Assembly (NCBI GenBank): GCA_963846555.1
Contig: CAWJWI010000004.1
Span: 1,534,142 to 1,598,141 of the forward strand
Source: an uncultured Microthrixaceae bacterium
Lineage (GTDB): Bacteria > Actinomycetota > Acidimicrobiia > Acidimicrobiales > VFJN01
Reading direction: 5' to 3'
Length of the DNA stretch: 64,000 nucleotides
A program made the position numbers and the translations under genes. The notes under the pieces are model-generated. The model ran no database searches and was not told the DNA's origin. It saw nothing but the letters and a program-made list of their open reading frames with translations. Shown piece after piece: positions 39,165 through 49,911 of this stretch. How positions within the stretch are numbered: the first letter of the stretch is position 1; each line of letters starts with the position of its first letter.

Positions 39165-42100
39165 GTGGCTGACAGCTTCACGCACCTCCATGTGCACACC
39201 GAGTACTCGATGCTCGACGGCGCGGCCCGGATCAAGGACGTCGTCGGGGCCGCGGTGGCCGACGGACAGCCTGCGCTGGGCATCACCGACCACGGCAACA
39301 TGTACGGGATCCTGGACTTCTACAAGGAGTGCAAGGCCCAGGGCGATCAAGCCGGTCCTCGGCTCCGAGCTCTACATGGCCCACGAGAGCCGCACCGAGC
39401 GCCCGTCGCGCCGGGGCCGACTCGACGATGGCGGCGGTGACGCCGAGGGCGGCACGAAGCTCTACTACCACCTGACGGCGCTGGCCGAGAACGACGCCGG
39501 CTACAAGAACCTCATCCAGCTCTCCAGCCGAGCGTTCCTCGAGGGCTACTACTACAAGCCCCAAGTGCGATTGGGAGCTGCTGACGGAGCACAGCGAGGG
39601 GCTGATCGTCACGTCGGGGTGCCTCGGCGGGCACGTGCTGCAGCACCTGCTGCGGGACGACTACGAGGGCGCCGTGAAGGCGGCCGGACGGCTGCAGGAC
39701 ATCTTCGGCCGGGACAGCTTCTTCATCGAGCTGCAGGACCACGGCATCCCCGACCAGCACCGCACCAACCCGCATGCTGCTCGAGCTGGCCGAGCACATG
39801 CAGGCCCCGCTGCTGGCCACCAACGACAGCCACTACGTCGCACCGCGAGGACGCCGTGGCCCACGACGCTCTGCTCTGCGTGCAGACCGGCTCGCAGATG
39901 AGCGACCCTGATCGCTTCAAGTTCTCCGGCGACGACCACTACCTGAAGTCGTCGGCACGAGATGCGCCGGCTCTTCGACGAGCTGCCTCAGGCGTGCGAC
40001 AACACGCTCTGGATCGCGGAGCGGGCCGACGTCACCATCGAGTTCGGCAAGCCTCAGCTCCCCAACTTCCCGCTGCCCGAGGGCTTCGCCACGTCGCCCG
40101 ACTACCTCCGCCACCTCACGATGGAGGGGGCGAAGAAGCGGTGGGGCTCGCAGATCCCCGACCACATCGTCGAACGCCTGGCCTACGAGCTGCAGGTGAT
40201 CGAGTCGATGGGGTTCTCGTCGTACTTCCTCATCACCTGGGACCTCATCAAGCACGCCCGTGACAACGGCATCCGGGTCGGCCCCGGCCGCGGCTCGGCC
40301 GCCGGGTGCGCCGTCGCCTACAGCCTCTGGATCACCGACCTCGACCCCATCAAGTACGACCTCCTCTTCGAGCGCTTCCTCAACCCCAGCCGCATCTCGA
40401 TGCCCGACATCGACATGGACTTCGACTCCCGCTACCGCGACGAGATGATCCGCTACGCGGCCGAGCGCTACGGGCGCGACCACGTGGCCCAGATCGTGAC
40501 GTTCTCCACCATCAAGGCCCGGGCCGCGGTGCGCGACGCCGCCCGGGTGCTCGGCTACCCGTACATCGTCGGCGACAAGGTGGCCAAGGCCATGCCGCCG
40601 CTCGTCATGGGGCGGGACACGCCGCTCTACGCCTGCCTCGAGCCGCACCCGAAGTACGAGGACGGCTACAAGATGGCCGGCGACCTGCGGAAGATGCGGG
40701 ACGAAGACCCCGACGCCGCCAAGGTCATCGAGGTGGCCAAGGGCCTCGAGGGCCTGCGCCGCCAGGACGGCATCCACGCGGCCGCGGTGGTGATCACCAA
40801 GGAGCCGCTCACCACCTACCTGCCGATCCAGCGCAAGCCGGAGGCGGGGAAGGACATCGAGGACGCGCCGATCGTCACGCAGTACGAGATGCACGGCGTC
40901 GAGGAGCTCGGGCCTCCTCAAGATGGACTTCCTCGGTCTGCGGAACCTCGACGTCATCAGCGATGCCCTCGATGATCATCGAGCAGACCCGCGGCGATCG
41001 AGCTCGACATCGACGCCGTCCCGCTCGACGACCAGCCCACGCTCGACCTGCTGTGCCGGGGCGACTCCATCGGCGTGTTCCAGCTCGAGGGCGGTCCGAT
41101 GCGGGCCCTGATGCGCTCGCTCGCCCCGTCGAGCTTCGAAGACGTCGCCGCCCTCGTGGCGCTGTACCGGCCCGGGCCGATGGCGGCCAACATGCACAAC
41201 GACTACGCCGACCGGAAGAACGGTCGGAAGCCGGTCGAGTACTTCCACCCAGACGCCGAGGCGCTGCTCGCCGACACGTACGGCCTGATGATCTACCAAG
41301 AGGCCGTCATGCGGGTGGCCCAGAAGTTCGCCGGCTACTCGCTCGCCCAAGCCGACAGCCTCCGCAAGGCGATGGGCAAGAAGTCCCGCGAGGTCATGGC
41401 CAAGGAGCGGGAAGCCTTCGTGAGCGGTGTCGCGGCCACCGGCTACGACGCCGCCCTCGGCCAGTCGCTCTTCGAGACGATCGCCCAGTTCGCCGACTAC
41501 GCGTTCAACAAGTCGCACTCCTTCGGCTACGGCTACATCGCCTACCAGACGGCCTTCCTGAAGGCGCACCACCCGGCCGAGTACTTCTCGGCCCTGCTGA
41601 CCAGCGTGAAGTCGAACCTCGACAAGGCGGCCATCTACCTCGCCGAGTGCCGCACGATGGGCATCCCGGTGCTGGTGCCCGACGTCAACCGGTCCGAGTC
41701 GGACTTCATCCCGCTCATCGAGACGGGGGCCGACGGCACGAGCGACCTCTTCGATCGTGTTCGGCCTGTCCGCGGTCCGCAACGTGGGCGTCGGGCTCGT
41801 CTGCATCCTGCTTGCCGAGCGGGCCGAGAACGGCCCCTTCGTCGACTTCTACGACTTCGTGGAGCGGGTCGACTTCCAGGTCCTCAACAAGAAGACGCTC
41901 GAGTCACTGATCAAGGCGGGCGGCTTCGACAGCCTGGGCCACCCGAGGCAGGGCCTGCTGAGGGCCTTCGAGCACATCGTCGACTCGACCGTGGCCCGCC
42001 GCCGCGAGCGCGACATGGGCGTGATGTCGTTGTTCGGCGAGGTCGAGGACGCCGGGCCGATGTTCGACGAGCGGCCGCCCATCCCCGAGGTGGAGTTCGC

Positions 42101-42716
42101 CAAGCGGGAGCGGCTCCGCTTCGAGAAGGAGATGCTCGGCCTCTACGTCAGCGACCACCCGCTGATGGGGGCGGAGGCATCGCTGCGGCGCAAGTGCGAC
42201 GGCGCCCTGACCGACCTCGCCGACATGGACGACGGCACCATCCGCAGCTTCGGTGGCGTCATAACCGGCCTGCAGCGGAAGTGGACGAAGAAGGGCGACC
42301 TGATGGCCGTCTTCATGCTGGAGGACCTGCAGACCGCGGTCGAGGTGATGGTCTTCCCGCGGACGATGCAGGAGCACGGTCACAAGCTCGAGGACGACGC
42401 CGTAGTCGTGCTCCGAGCCCGGGTGGACGCCCGCGACGACCAGCCCAAGCTGATCGCCATGGACGTCGAGCCCTTCGAGCCGATGTCGGGCGAGGCGTTC
42501 CCCCTCCGTCTGCGCATCGCGCCAGCGGCGCTGTCCGAGCGGCTCATCGAGGACCTCAAGGCGCTCCTCGTCCAGTACCCGGGTGACTCCCCGGTGCTGC
42601 TCCAGCTGGGGGAGAAGAAGGTGCTGCGCCTGCCTGCCGCGTGGACCGTCGACGTCGTCCCCGCTCTGCTGGCCGAGCTGCGCGTGCTCCTCGGCCCCAC
42701 GGCCATCCAGGGCTGA
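39165..42716 (+). CDS. dnaE: DNA polymerase III alpha subunit (several apparent indels)
   Basis: [15 protein letters not shown] (PHP domain), [67 protein letters not shown]. Confidence 0.97.
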
Positions 42717-42854
42717 TCGGCGCCTTGACCCGCGGGTCACGCCCGTTGAGCAGCGGGTTCGCGATGGGCCCTCGAGATGCCGAGTTGCGCCGAGCGGCCG
42801 CGTCTACTGGACTGGTGAGGCCAAACCACGAGTGATCCGGGGGCTGGAAAGCGA

Positions 42855-43523
42855 ATGTCGATCCAGGTCGAGACCAAGGACTGCACCGCACTGGGTGACG
42901 CTGAGCTGGCCGAGCTGGCCGACCTCTGCGCCGAAGGACCCGTCCCCTACGAGGTAGGGCTGCTCTCGAAGCAGGCCGAGGCCTGGGTGCTGATCACCCA
43001 GGCCACCGAGAACGGCAAGCTCAAGGGCTTCGCCTTCTCCACGCTCGAGCGCATCGGCGGCACGCCGTCTGTGCTGATCGGGCTGGCTTCGGTGAAGCGC
43101 ACCGCCAAGCGCGACACCGTGCTGCGAGCGATCGTTCACGACCAGCTGCGGCGCGCCGTTCTCGCCTTCCCCGACGAGGACGTCCTCTTCGGCACCCGCT
43201 TCGCATCGCCCTGCGGGTTCGACGCGTTCCGCACGTTGAACGACATCGTGCCCCGCCCCGACCACAAGGCGAGCGGCGAGGAGCGGGCCTGGGGCCGGCG
43301 CCTGGCCAAGCGCTTCGGCATCGAGGCGTCCGCCTACGACGACCGCTCCTTCGTGGCCACCGGCACCGGCTCCCACCCCGAGGTGTTCGACCACGAGAGC
43401 CTGAAGCCCGAGGCCATCCCGGCCGACGTGGCCGCCTTCTTCAAGGGCATCGACGCCAAGCGGGGCGATTCCCTCGTCGCGTTCGGCTGGGCCATGGCCG
43501 AAGACCTCGCCAAGCTCGCGTAG
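42855..43523 (+). CDS. Hypothetical protein (possible GNAT-like fold)
   Basis: Intact 222-aa ORF with coding-like composition; the fold guess rests only on the secondary-structure pattern. Confidence 0.7.
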   Translation: MSIQVETKDCTALGDAELAELADLCAEGPVPYEVGLLSKQAEAWVLITQATENGKLKGFAFSTLERIGGTPSVLIGLASVKRTAKRDTVLRAIVHDQLRRAVLAFPDEDVLFGTRFASPCGFDAFRTLNDIVPRPDHKASGEERAWGRRLAKRFGIEASAYDDRSFVATGTGSHPEVFDHESLKPEAIPADVAAFFKGIDAKRGDSLVAFGWAMAEDLAKLA

Positions 43524-43533
43524 CGACCTGACA

Positions 43534-43584
43534 GCTTCTGTGCGCACGGAGCACCGCAGAGCGGTGCTGGGTGCGCACAGATCG
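43534..43584. repeat. Intergenic palindromic element (about 51 nt)
   Basis: TCTGTGCGCAC (43537-43547)/GTGCGCACAGA (43571-43581) with inner AGCACCGC/GCGGTGCT. Confidence 0.8.
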
Positions 43585-43592
43585 GGCGGGCC

Positions 43593-44192
43593 ATGGACCT
43601 GAGCGGGGCTGTTCGCCGGCGGCGGATGGTGCGGGCCTTCACCGCGGAGCCCGTCAGCCCGTCGGTGGTCGACGGGCTGATCGACCTGGCCAGACGGGCA
43701 CCGTCGGCGGGGAACAGCCAGGGCGTGGCCTACGTCGTGCTGAGCGGCGCCGACGAGACGGCGCAGTACTGGGACGTGACGCTGCCGGCGGCGCGCCGCG
43801 AGGCGTTCCGCTGGCCAGGGCTGGTGGCGGCCCCCGTGCTGATCGTCGTCCTCGTTCGCCCCGAGGCGTGGGTCGAGCGCTACGGCGAGGCCGACAAGGC
43901 GGCGACGGGCCTGGGCGACGGCCCGGGGCAGTGGCCGGTTCCCTACTGGTGGGTCGATGCAGGGATGGCCGCCGAGCACCTGCTCCTCGGGGCCGTCGAG
44001 GCTGGCCTGGGCGGGTGCTTCTTCGGGTTGTTCGACCACGAGGCACCGGTGCTGGCCGCGCTTGGCGTGCCCGCCGGGTGGCGGGCCGTCGGCGCGATCG
44101 CCGTCGGTCACCCCGCCCCAGACGAGCCCGGTCGCTCGGCGAGCCGCGGCCGCCCACCCCTGAACGAGGTAATCCACCGCGGCCGCTGGTGA
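43593..44192 (+). CDS. Nitroreductase family protein
   Basis: RRRRMVRAF, ARRAPSAGNSQG, VDAGMAAEHLLL, IAVGHP. Confidence 0.9.
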   Translation: MDLSGAVRRRRMVRAFTAEPVSPSVVDGLIDLARRAPSAGNSQGVAYVVLSGADETAQYWDVTLPAARREAFRWPGLVAAPVLIVVLVRPEAWVERYGEADKAATGLGDGPGQWPVPYWWVDAGMAAEHLLLGAVEAGLGGCFFGLFDHEAPVLAALGVPAGWRAVGAIAVGHPAPDEPGRSASRGRPPLNEVIHRGRW

Positions 44193-44200
44193 CGGCACCG

Positions 44201-44245
44201 CCCCCCACCACCCCCCCCAACCCCCCCCCAAACCCCCCCCACCCC
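44201..44245. repeat. C-rich low-complexity tract (C runs separated by A)
   Basis: CCCCCCACCACCCCCCCCAACCCCCCCCCAAACCCCCCCCACCCC. Confidence 0.7.
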
Positions 44246-44246
44246 T

Positions 44247-44297
44247 CGAACTTGTGAGCGACGACTAGAAAAATCCTTGCTGTCGCTCACAAGTTCG
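44247..44297. repeat. Intergenic palindromic element (51 nt)
   Basis: Perfect 16-bp arms CGAACTTGTGAGCGAC/GTCGCTCACAAGTTCG, 19-nt centre. Confidence 0.85.
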
Positions 44298-44361
44298 GGT
44301 GGTGGGGCTCGAGGACGGGTCGGGACCGGTACCTGACGGGTCGTCAGATACAGTCCCGGCC

Positions 44362-45373
44362 GTGCCCGACCTGAACCACCGCGTGCTGCTGGAATCGCGT
44401 CCGGACGGGCTGGTGCAGGAGGGCGACTTCAGCCACGACGCCCAGCCCATCCCGGAGCCCGGTGAGGGCGAGGTGCTCGTGCGCGTCGAGTGGCTGGGCA
44501 TCGATGCCACGGTGCGGACGTGGCTGTCGAAGGCCGAGGGCTACATCGAGCCGGTCGAGATCGGTGATGTCGTGCGGGGCAGCGGCATCGGTCGCGTCAT
44601 CGCCTCCCGCAGCGCCAAGATCGCCGAGGGCCAGCTCGTCGCCACGCTGACCGGCTGGCAGGAGTACGCCGTGGTCGGCGATGACCCGATGCTCACCACG
44701 CCCTTGGCCGAGGGCGTCGACCCACAGGCCGCGCTGGGCGTGTTCGGGGCCAACGGGCTCACTGCCTACGTCGGGCTGACCGAGGTGGGCAAGGTGAAGG
44801 AGGGCGAGACGGTGGTCGTGTCGGCCGCGGCAGGAGCCACCGGGTCCATCGCCGTGCAGATCGCCAAGATCCTCGGTTGCCGGGTGATCGGCATCGCCGG
44901 CACCGACGAGAAGTGCGCCTGGCTCGTGGACGAGCTGGGCCTCGACGGTGCCATCAACCACCGCACCGACGACGTCCCCAGCAAGCTCCGCGAGCTCTGC
45001 CCGAAGCGAGTCGACGTGTTCTTCGACAACACCGGCGGGCCCATCCTCGACGCCGTCCTCGGCCGGCTGGCCGACCGGGCCCGCGTCGTGCTCTGCGGGG
45101 CCATCTCGTCCTACAACGACCATCACAAGCCGCCCGGGCCCGCCGAACTACCTCAACCTCATCTCCCGGCGGGCTCGCATGGAGGGCTTCATCTCATGGG
45201 ACCACTGGGGACGCTGGGGGGAGATAACCGAGACGCTCGCGGGGTGGGTGGCCGACGGTCGCCTGCGGCACCGGAGCCACGTCTTCGAGGGCCTCGAGTC
45301 GGCGCCCCAGGCCTTGAACGCCATGTTCACCGGCGAGAACATCGGCAAGATCGTGATCCGCGTCGGCGCCTGA
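44362..45373 (+). CDS. NADP-dependent MDR oxidoreductase (CurA/PTGR-like; 1 apparent indel)
   Basis: GWQEY, GLTAYVGL, VSAAAGATGS, DVFFDNTGG, VLCGAISSYN, GENIGK. Confidence 0.92.
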
Positions 45374-45374
45374 G

Positions 45375-45425
45375 CGTTCTCGGGCGATCTACCGCGCTGG
45401 TGGTCCAGTAGATCGCCCGAGAACG
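45375..45425. repeat. Intergenic palindromic element (51 nt) between convergent genes; may also act as a terminator
   Basis: Perfect 18-bp arms CGTTCTCGGGCGATCTAC/GTAGATCGCCCGAGAACG. Confidence 0.85.
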
Positions 45426-45434
45426 GGAGGCGGG

Positions 45435-46778
45435 TCACCAGTCGGCGGCTACGAACGGACCCTCGGCGATCACTCGCTCGCCGTCGCCGCCTCGCGCGAG
45501 GAGACGTCCGTCGTCGGTGACGACCAGGATCCACGTGCCGGTCTCGTCGATGTTGGCGTCACGGAGCCGCTCGCCCGGCGCGGGCGCACTCGCCAGAGAG
45601 CCGTCCCCGACGAAGAGGGGGATGAACCGGCCCTCCGTGGCGTCGTGCTCCTCGTAGGTGCCGTCGGCGAGCGCTGTGGTGCGGGCATCGCTTCGGAGCA
45701 CCGCGCCGTCGTCGGCCCGCTCCAGAGCCCGCTCGATGGCGAGGATCGAGCCGTCGTGGTCGAGCGCCGCCTGCACCCAGTCGTGGGTTCCGTCGCCGCT
45801 CTCGGCCGTGTGGACGACCTGACCGCTGTCGAGGTCCAGCACCGAGACGACCGGGCCGCTGACATAGGCCAAGCGTCGGCCGTCGGCGCTGATGTCGATG
45901 CCGTATCCGTAGGCGACGGAGATGGGCTCGGCGCCCGGCGCCGTCAGGTCGACCCGGAAGATCTGGCCCGCGGCGGGCTCGCAGCACGTCTCGAAGTACA
46001 CCTCGCTCGTGCCTGGTCGGACCGCCACACCGGTGATCGACGTCGGGGCGGGGTCGTCCTCGGACGCCTCGCCTGTCCCCATGTCGGCCAGCTCGGTCAG
46101 CTCGACGCCGTCGCTGGTGCGCAGGACGACCAGACGGCCGTCCTCGGTGACGGCGAGAACGGCGTCAGGGGCGGGTGCGGGGATGTCCGGCTGAGAGCCC
46201 GGGTCGCACGTGGTGCTGGTGATCCCCACGACTCCGGGCCGATCGGCGATCTCGCTGCGGAGGCCCACGTCGTCGGCGCCGGGCCGCATGGTGGCCAGGA
46301 GGTAGCTGGGCACGTCGTCGGCGACCACGCCGGGCGGCACGTCGACCAGCGCTTCGAAGCCCTCTTCTTCCGACACGTACCGGACCGAATCGACGCGCTC
46401 GTCCTGGGTCAGGCGAGCATCGATGGCCCGGAGCTCCTCCACGGGGATGTCGGGATGGAGGTAGACGGCGACGCCGATGGCGGGGCACACGTCCTCGGGC
46501 GGGGGCCGGAGCCCGTCGCGAGCACCAGGCCGCACTGGGCCGTTGGGGTCGTCGACGACGTCGACGGTCTGCTCGGCATCACCCTGGTCGAGGACGACGG
46601 CCACGCCCACGACGAGCACCATCGCGGCGGCCGCCAGCAGCAGCGGCACACGTCGCCGCCAGGTGTCCTCAGCTGGCGAGGCGGCGCGGATCCGCTCGAG
46701 CAGCTCGTCCTCGGCCCGGACGTCCTCGGCCTCGGCGCGGAGGGCCTCCCGGATCTGGTCGTCGAAGTGGTCGCTCAT
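45435..46778 (-). CDS. Putative anti-sigma factor: short cytoplasmic helix, TM, FtsX-like extracellular domain, beta-propeller-like C-terminus
   Basis: ATGA overlap with the ECF sigma gene; DDQIREALRAEA N-terminus; VAVYL...VDSVRYVSEEEGFE...PGV segment; DISADGRRLAYV repeat-like motifs. Confidence 0.7.
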   Translation of the reverse strand: MSDHFDDQIREALRAEAEDVRAEDELLERIRAASPAEDTWRRRVPLLLAAAAMVLVVGVAVVLDQGDAEQTVDVVDDPNGPVRPGARDGLRPPPEDVCPAIGVAVYLHPDIPVEELRAIDARLTQDERVDSVRYVSEEEGFEALVDVPPGVVADDVPSYLLATMRPGADDVGLRSEIADRPGVVGITSTTCDPGSQPDIPAPAPDAVLAVTEDGRLVVLRTSDGVELTELADMGTGEASEDDPAPTSITGVAVRPGTSEVYFETCCEPAAGQIFRVDLTAPGAEPISVAYGYGIDISADGRRLAYVSGPVVSVLDLDSGQVVHTAESGDGTHDWVQAALDHDGSILAIERALERADDGAVLRSDARTTALADGTYEEHDATEGRFIPLFVGDGSLASAPAPGERLRDANIDETGTWILVVTDDGRLLARGGDGERVIAEGPFVAADW

Positions 46779-47287
46779 CGGAGGGCCTCCAAGCGGTTGG
46801 CGAGCACGGCACGCGCCCGGTGGAGGTGGGTCTTCACCGAGCCGGGGCTGATGGCCAGCGCGTCGGCGATCTCTGTGTCGGTCATCTCGGCGTAGAAGCG
46901 GAGCACGATGCAGTCCCGCTGGCGGCGGGGGAGCGCCCGGATGGCGGCTGCGATCTGGCGCTGTCCGTCCCGCCGCACGGCGTCGACCTCGGCCGCCTCA
47001 CCGTCTCGCTGGGGGTCGGTGGGTCGAGAGCGCACGACGCGCAGGTGGCGGTGGTGGCCGTGGGAGAGGTTGATGACCGTGCGCCGCAGGTAGGCCAGCT
47101 CGGCGCCGGGCACGGGCGCGGATCTCGTCCGCGGCAGCCGTACGAAGGCTTCCTGCACCAGCTCCTCGGCCAGCTGCCGGTCGCCGGTCAGGACGACGGC
47201 CAGGCGCAGGAGGGGCGTGGCGTGGGCTCGGAAGAGCCCGTCGAGGTCCACTGCCTGGTCCGGAGGTCGCACCGCCATCGCTGTCAC
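46775..47287 (-). CDS. ECF RNA polymerase sigma factor (actinobacterial SigE-like)
   Basis: LLRLAVVLTGD..AEELVQEAF, YLRRTVINL, LPRRQRDCIVLRFY, EIADALAISPGSVKTHLHRA. Confidence 0.93.
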   Translation of the reverse strand: MTAMAVRPPDQAVDLDGLFRAHATPLLRLAVVLTGDRQLAEELVQEAFVRLPRTRSAPVPGAELAYLRRTVINLSHGHHRHLRVVRSRPTDPQRDGEAAEVDAVRRDGQRQIAAAIRALPRRQRDCIVLRFYAEMTDTEIADALAISPGSVKTHLHRARAVLANRLEALR

Positions 47288-47294
47288 GACCCCC

Positions 47295-47323
47295 TAGACG
47301 CGCCGACCGGCCCAACGGTTGAC
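47295..47323 (-). promoter_or_regulatory. Putative autoregulatory ECF promoter
   Basis: Minus strand GTCAAC-N17-CGTCTA, ending 7 nt before the sigma GTG. Confidence 0.65.
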
Positions 47324-47352
47324 ACGAACGTACCGCTGGCGCTCCGGCGGGC

Positions 47353-49332
47353 TCAGGGAGTGAGCTGGGTCTCGAGCGTGGCCACGTCGGTGGCCGGCAG
47401 CTGGCAGGCGTAGCTGCGGCAGACGTAGGCCCGGCCGTCGTCGCGGCCCTCCCAGAGCGGGCTGTCGTAGCGCTCGCCCCAGGCCAGCACGACGCCAGGC
47501 AGGAAGCGCTGGTGCACAGCAGCCACGAGATCCGGCCGCTCGCCGGTCACCACGATCTCGGTCGTCCCCCGCGCCACGAGATCGACTGCCGCCAGCACAT
47601 GGCCGAACGCGGTCGGGTGCTGGACAGCCAGCGGCGCGAGGAGGCGCACGAGGGCCTCGCCGGCCTCCCGGTACCGGGTCGAGTCGGTGAGGGCGGCCAG
47701 GCGCAGGAGCCCGACCGCGGCCAGGCCGTTGGCGCCGGGGGTGGCGTTGTCCATGAGGTCCTTCGGGCGGGCGATGAGCGCCTCGGCGTCGTGGCCGGTC
47801 GTGAACACACCGCCCCGGTCGTCGTCCCAGAAGAGGTCGAGCAGCGCGTCGGCGGTGGCTGCGGGCCTCGGTTATCCAGCGGGCCTCGCCGGTCGCCTCG
47901 GCCAGCCTGGTGAAGGCGTCGACGAGAGCGCCGTGATCGGTGGCGTAGGCGAGGTGCTTGGCCCCGGCCTCGGCCTGCCAGGCGCGGAGCCAGCGGCCAT
48001 CGGAACGGCGCAGGTTGGCCAGCAGGAAGTCGGCGATCTCCACGGCCGCCTGGACCCAGCCCGGCTCCTGCGCCGCGGCCCCGGCCTCGGCCAGCGCCGC
48101 GACGAGGTAGGCGTTCCACTCGGTGAGCACCTTGTCGTCGAGCCCTGGGCGCACCCGTTGGCTGCGGACGTCGAACAGCGTCTGGCGAGCGGCCTCGATG
48201 TCGTCGGGCCGAGCCAGGTTGCCCACGGCGTGCAGGCGGTTCGGGATCGTGGTGCCGTGCTCGAAGTTGCCCCCGGGTCGGAACCCGTACCAGTGGCGAG
48301 CGCGCGTCGGCGTCGTCGCCGAGCGCCGAGCGCACGTCCGCATCGGACCACACGTAGAACTTCCCCTCTTCGCCCTCGCTGTCGGCGTCTTCGGCGGACG
48401 ACACCCCGCCGCTCGGCTGACGGAGGTCGCGGAGCACGTAGTCGATGGTCTCGGTGAGGACCTGGCGGAAGCGGTCCTCACCTGTGAGCTGCCAGCCGTG
48501 CAGGTACAGGCGGATCAGGAGCGCGTTGTCGTAGAGCATCTTCTCGAAGTGGGGGACGAGCCAGATGCCGTCCACCGCATAGCGAGAGAAGCCTCCGCCG
48601 ATGTGGTCGTAGATGCCGCCAGCGGCCATGTGGTCGAGCGTCGTCACCAGAGCGACCCGCGCCGCCTCGTCGCCGCGGGCGGCGGCCGTGGCGAGGGCCT
48701 CCTGCGCCATGGGCTGCGGGAACTTGGGCGCGCTGCCCAGGCCGCCGTGGGAGAGGTCCGACGCGGCGACGAGGGCGGCGATGGCCTCGTCGACCTCGGC
48801 CGGGGTGGGCAGGTCCGTGCCCCCGTCCGAGCAGCGCCGAGCGACCGAGCGAGCCGGTGAGCTGGTCGGCCTGCTCGAGGAGCTCGTCGCGCCGCGTGCG
48901 CCACAGCTCCTCGATCCGCTCGCACAGCTCGACGAACCCGATCATCCCGCCCCGCCGCTCCTTCGGGAAGTAGGTCCCGGCGAAGAAGGGCCGGCCGTCG
49001 GGCGTGCAGACGACCGTCATGGGCCAGCCGCCCTGGCCTGTCATGGCCTGGGTCGCCTCCATGTAGATGTCGTCGACGTCGGGCCGCTCCTCGCGGTCGA
49101 CCTTCACGTTCACGAACACCCGGTTCATCACGGCCGCCACGTCGGGGTCCTCGAAGGACTCGTGGGCCATCACGTGGCACCAGTGGCAGGCCGAGTAGCC
49201 GACCGACAGCAGGATCGGTACGTCTCGCTCCCTGGCCGCGGCGAAGGCATCGTCGCCCCACGGGTACCAGTCGACCGGGTTGTCGGCGTGCTGGCGCAGG
49301 TAGGGGCTCGTCTCCCGAGCGAGGCGGTTCAC
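47353..49332 (-). CDS. Thioredoxin-domain protein, YyaL/SSP411 family (several apparent indels)
   Basis: [84 protein letters not shown]. Confidence 0.93.
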
Positions 49333-49439
49333 ACGGACAGCCTCGCAGCATCGGAGCCCGGTTCCGCACTGCCATGCGGTGGCGATCTGGGGACCTTCGG
49401 CCCTGTTCGGCCCCCGCATCCCCGGCCCACGCTGACGGC

Positions 49440-49844
49440 ATGATGATCGACAACGGCCTCGAGCTGCTGACGGAGGACGAAGCCCGGACGCTCCTGACGT
49501 CGGCCGAGGTGGGCCGCGTCGGGGTGACCATCGGTGGCCTCCCCGCCATCTTCCCGGTCAACTACCGGGTCATCGACGACGCCATCGTGTTCCGGACGTC
49601 ACCCGGGTCGAAGCTGTCGGCCGCTCTGGAGGGCTCTGTCGTGGCCTTCGAGGTGGACGACTACGACCTGGCTGACCAGACCGGGTGGAGCGTGCTGGCC
49701 GTCGGTGTCGCTGAGGTGGTGCACGATCTCGACATGACCGGCAAGGTGCTGGCCGCCGGGCTGGTGCCCCTCGCCGACGGGCGCCGGAAGTTCATCGTCC
49801 GCATGGAGCCCACCTTCCTCTCGGGCCGCCGGATCGTGCACTAG
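49440..49844 (+). CDS. Pyridoxamine 5'-phosphate oxidase-like (flavin-binding split barrel) protein
   Basis: [34 protein letters not shown]. Confidence 0.85.
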   Translation: MMIDNGLELLTEDEARTLLTSAEVGRVGVTIGGLPAIFPVNYRVIDDAIVFRTSPGSKLSAALEGSVVAFEVDDYDLADQTGWSVLAVGVAEVVHDLDMTGKVLAAGLVPLADGRRKFIVRMEPTFLSGRRIVH

Positions 49845-49911
49845 GGCGGTTGATCGACATCGTCCCCGTGTCGGCGCCCGCCCTCCGGCGCCGAGGAGTA
49901 CCGTCCGCTCG

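Noticed and set aside
29398-42716. ileS, dnaE and others as pseudogenes or programmed frameshifts
   Set aside because: The genes are essential, motifs are intact on both sides of each break, and I saw no shared slippery signal. Sequencing indels explain them more simply.
39165-42716. Intein or split dnaE
   Set aside because: The total length (about 3.55 kb) matches a normal DnaE, and I saw no intein splice motifs at the breaks.
42790-42810. CGTCTA as a second target of the ECF sigma
   Set aside because: There is no AAC-containing -35 element at the expected spacing.
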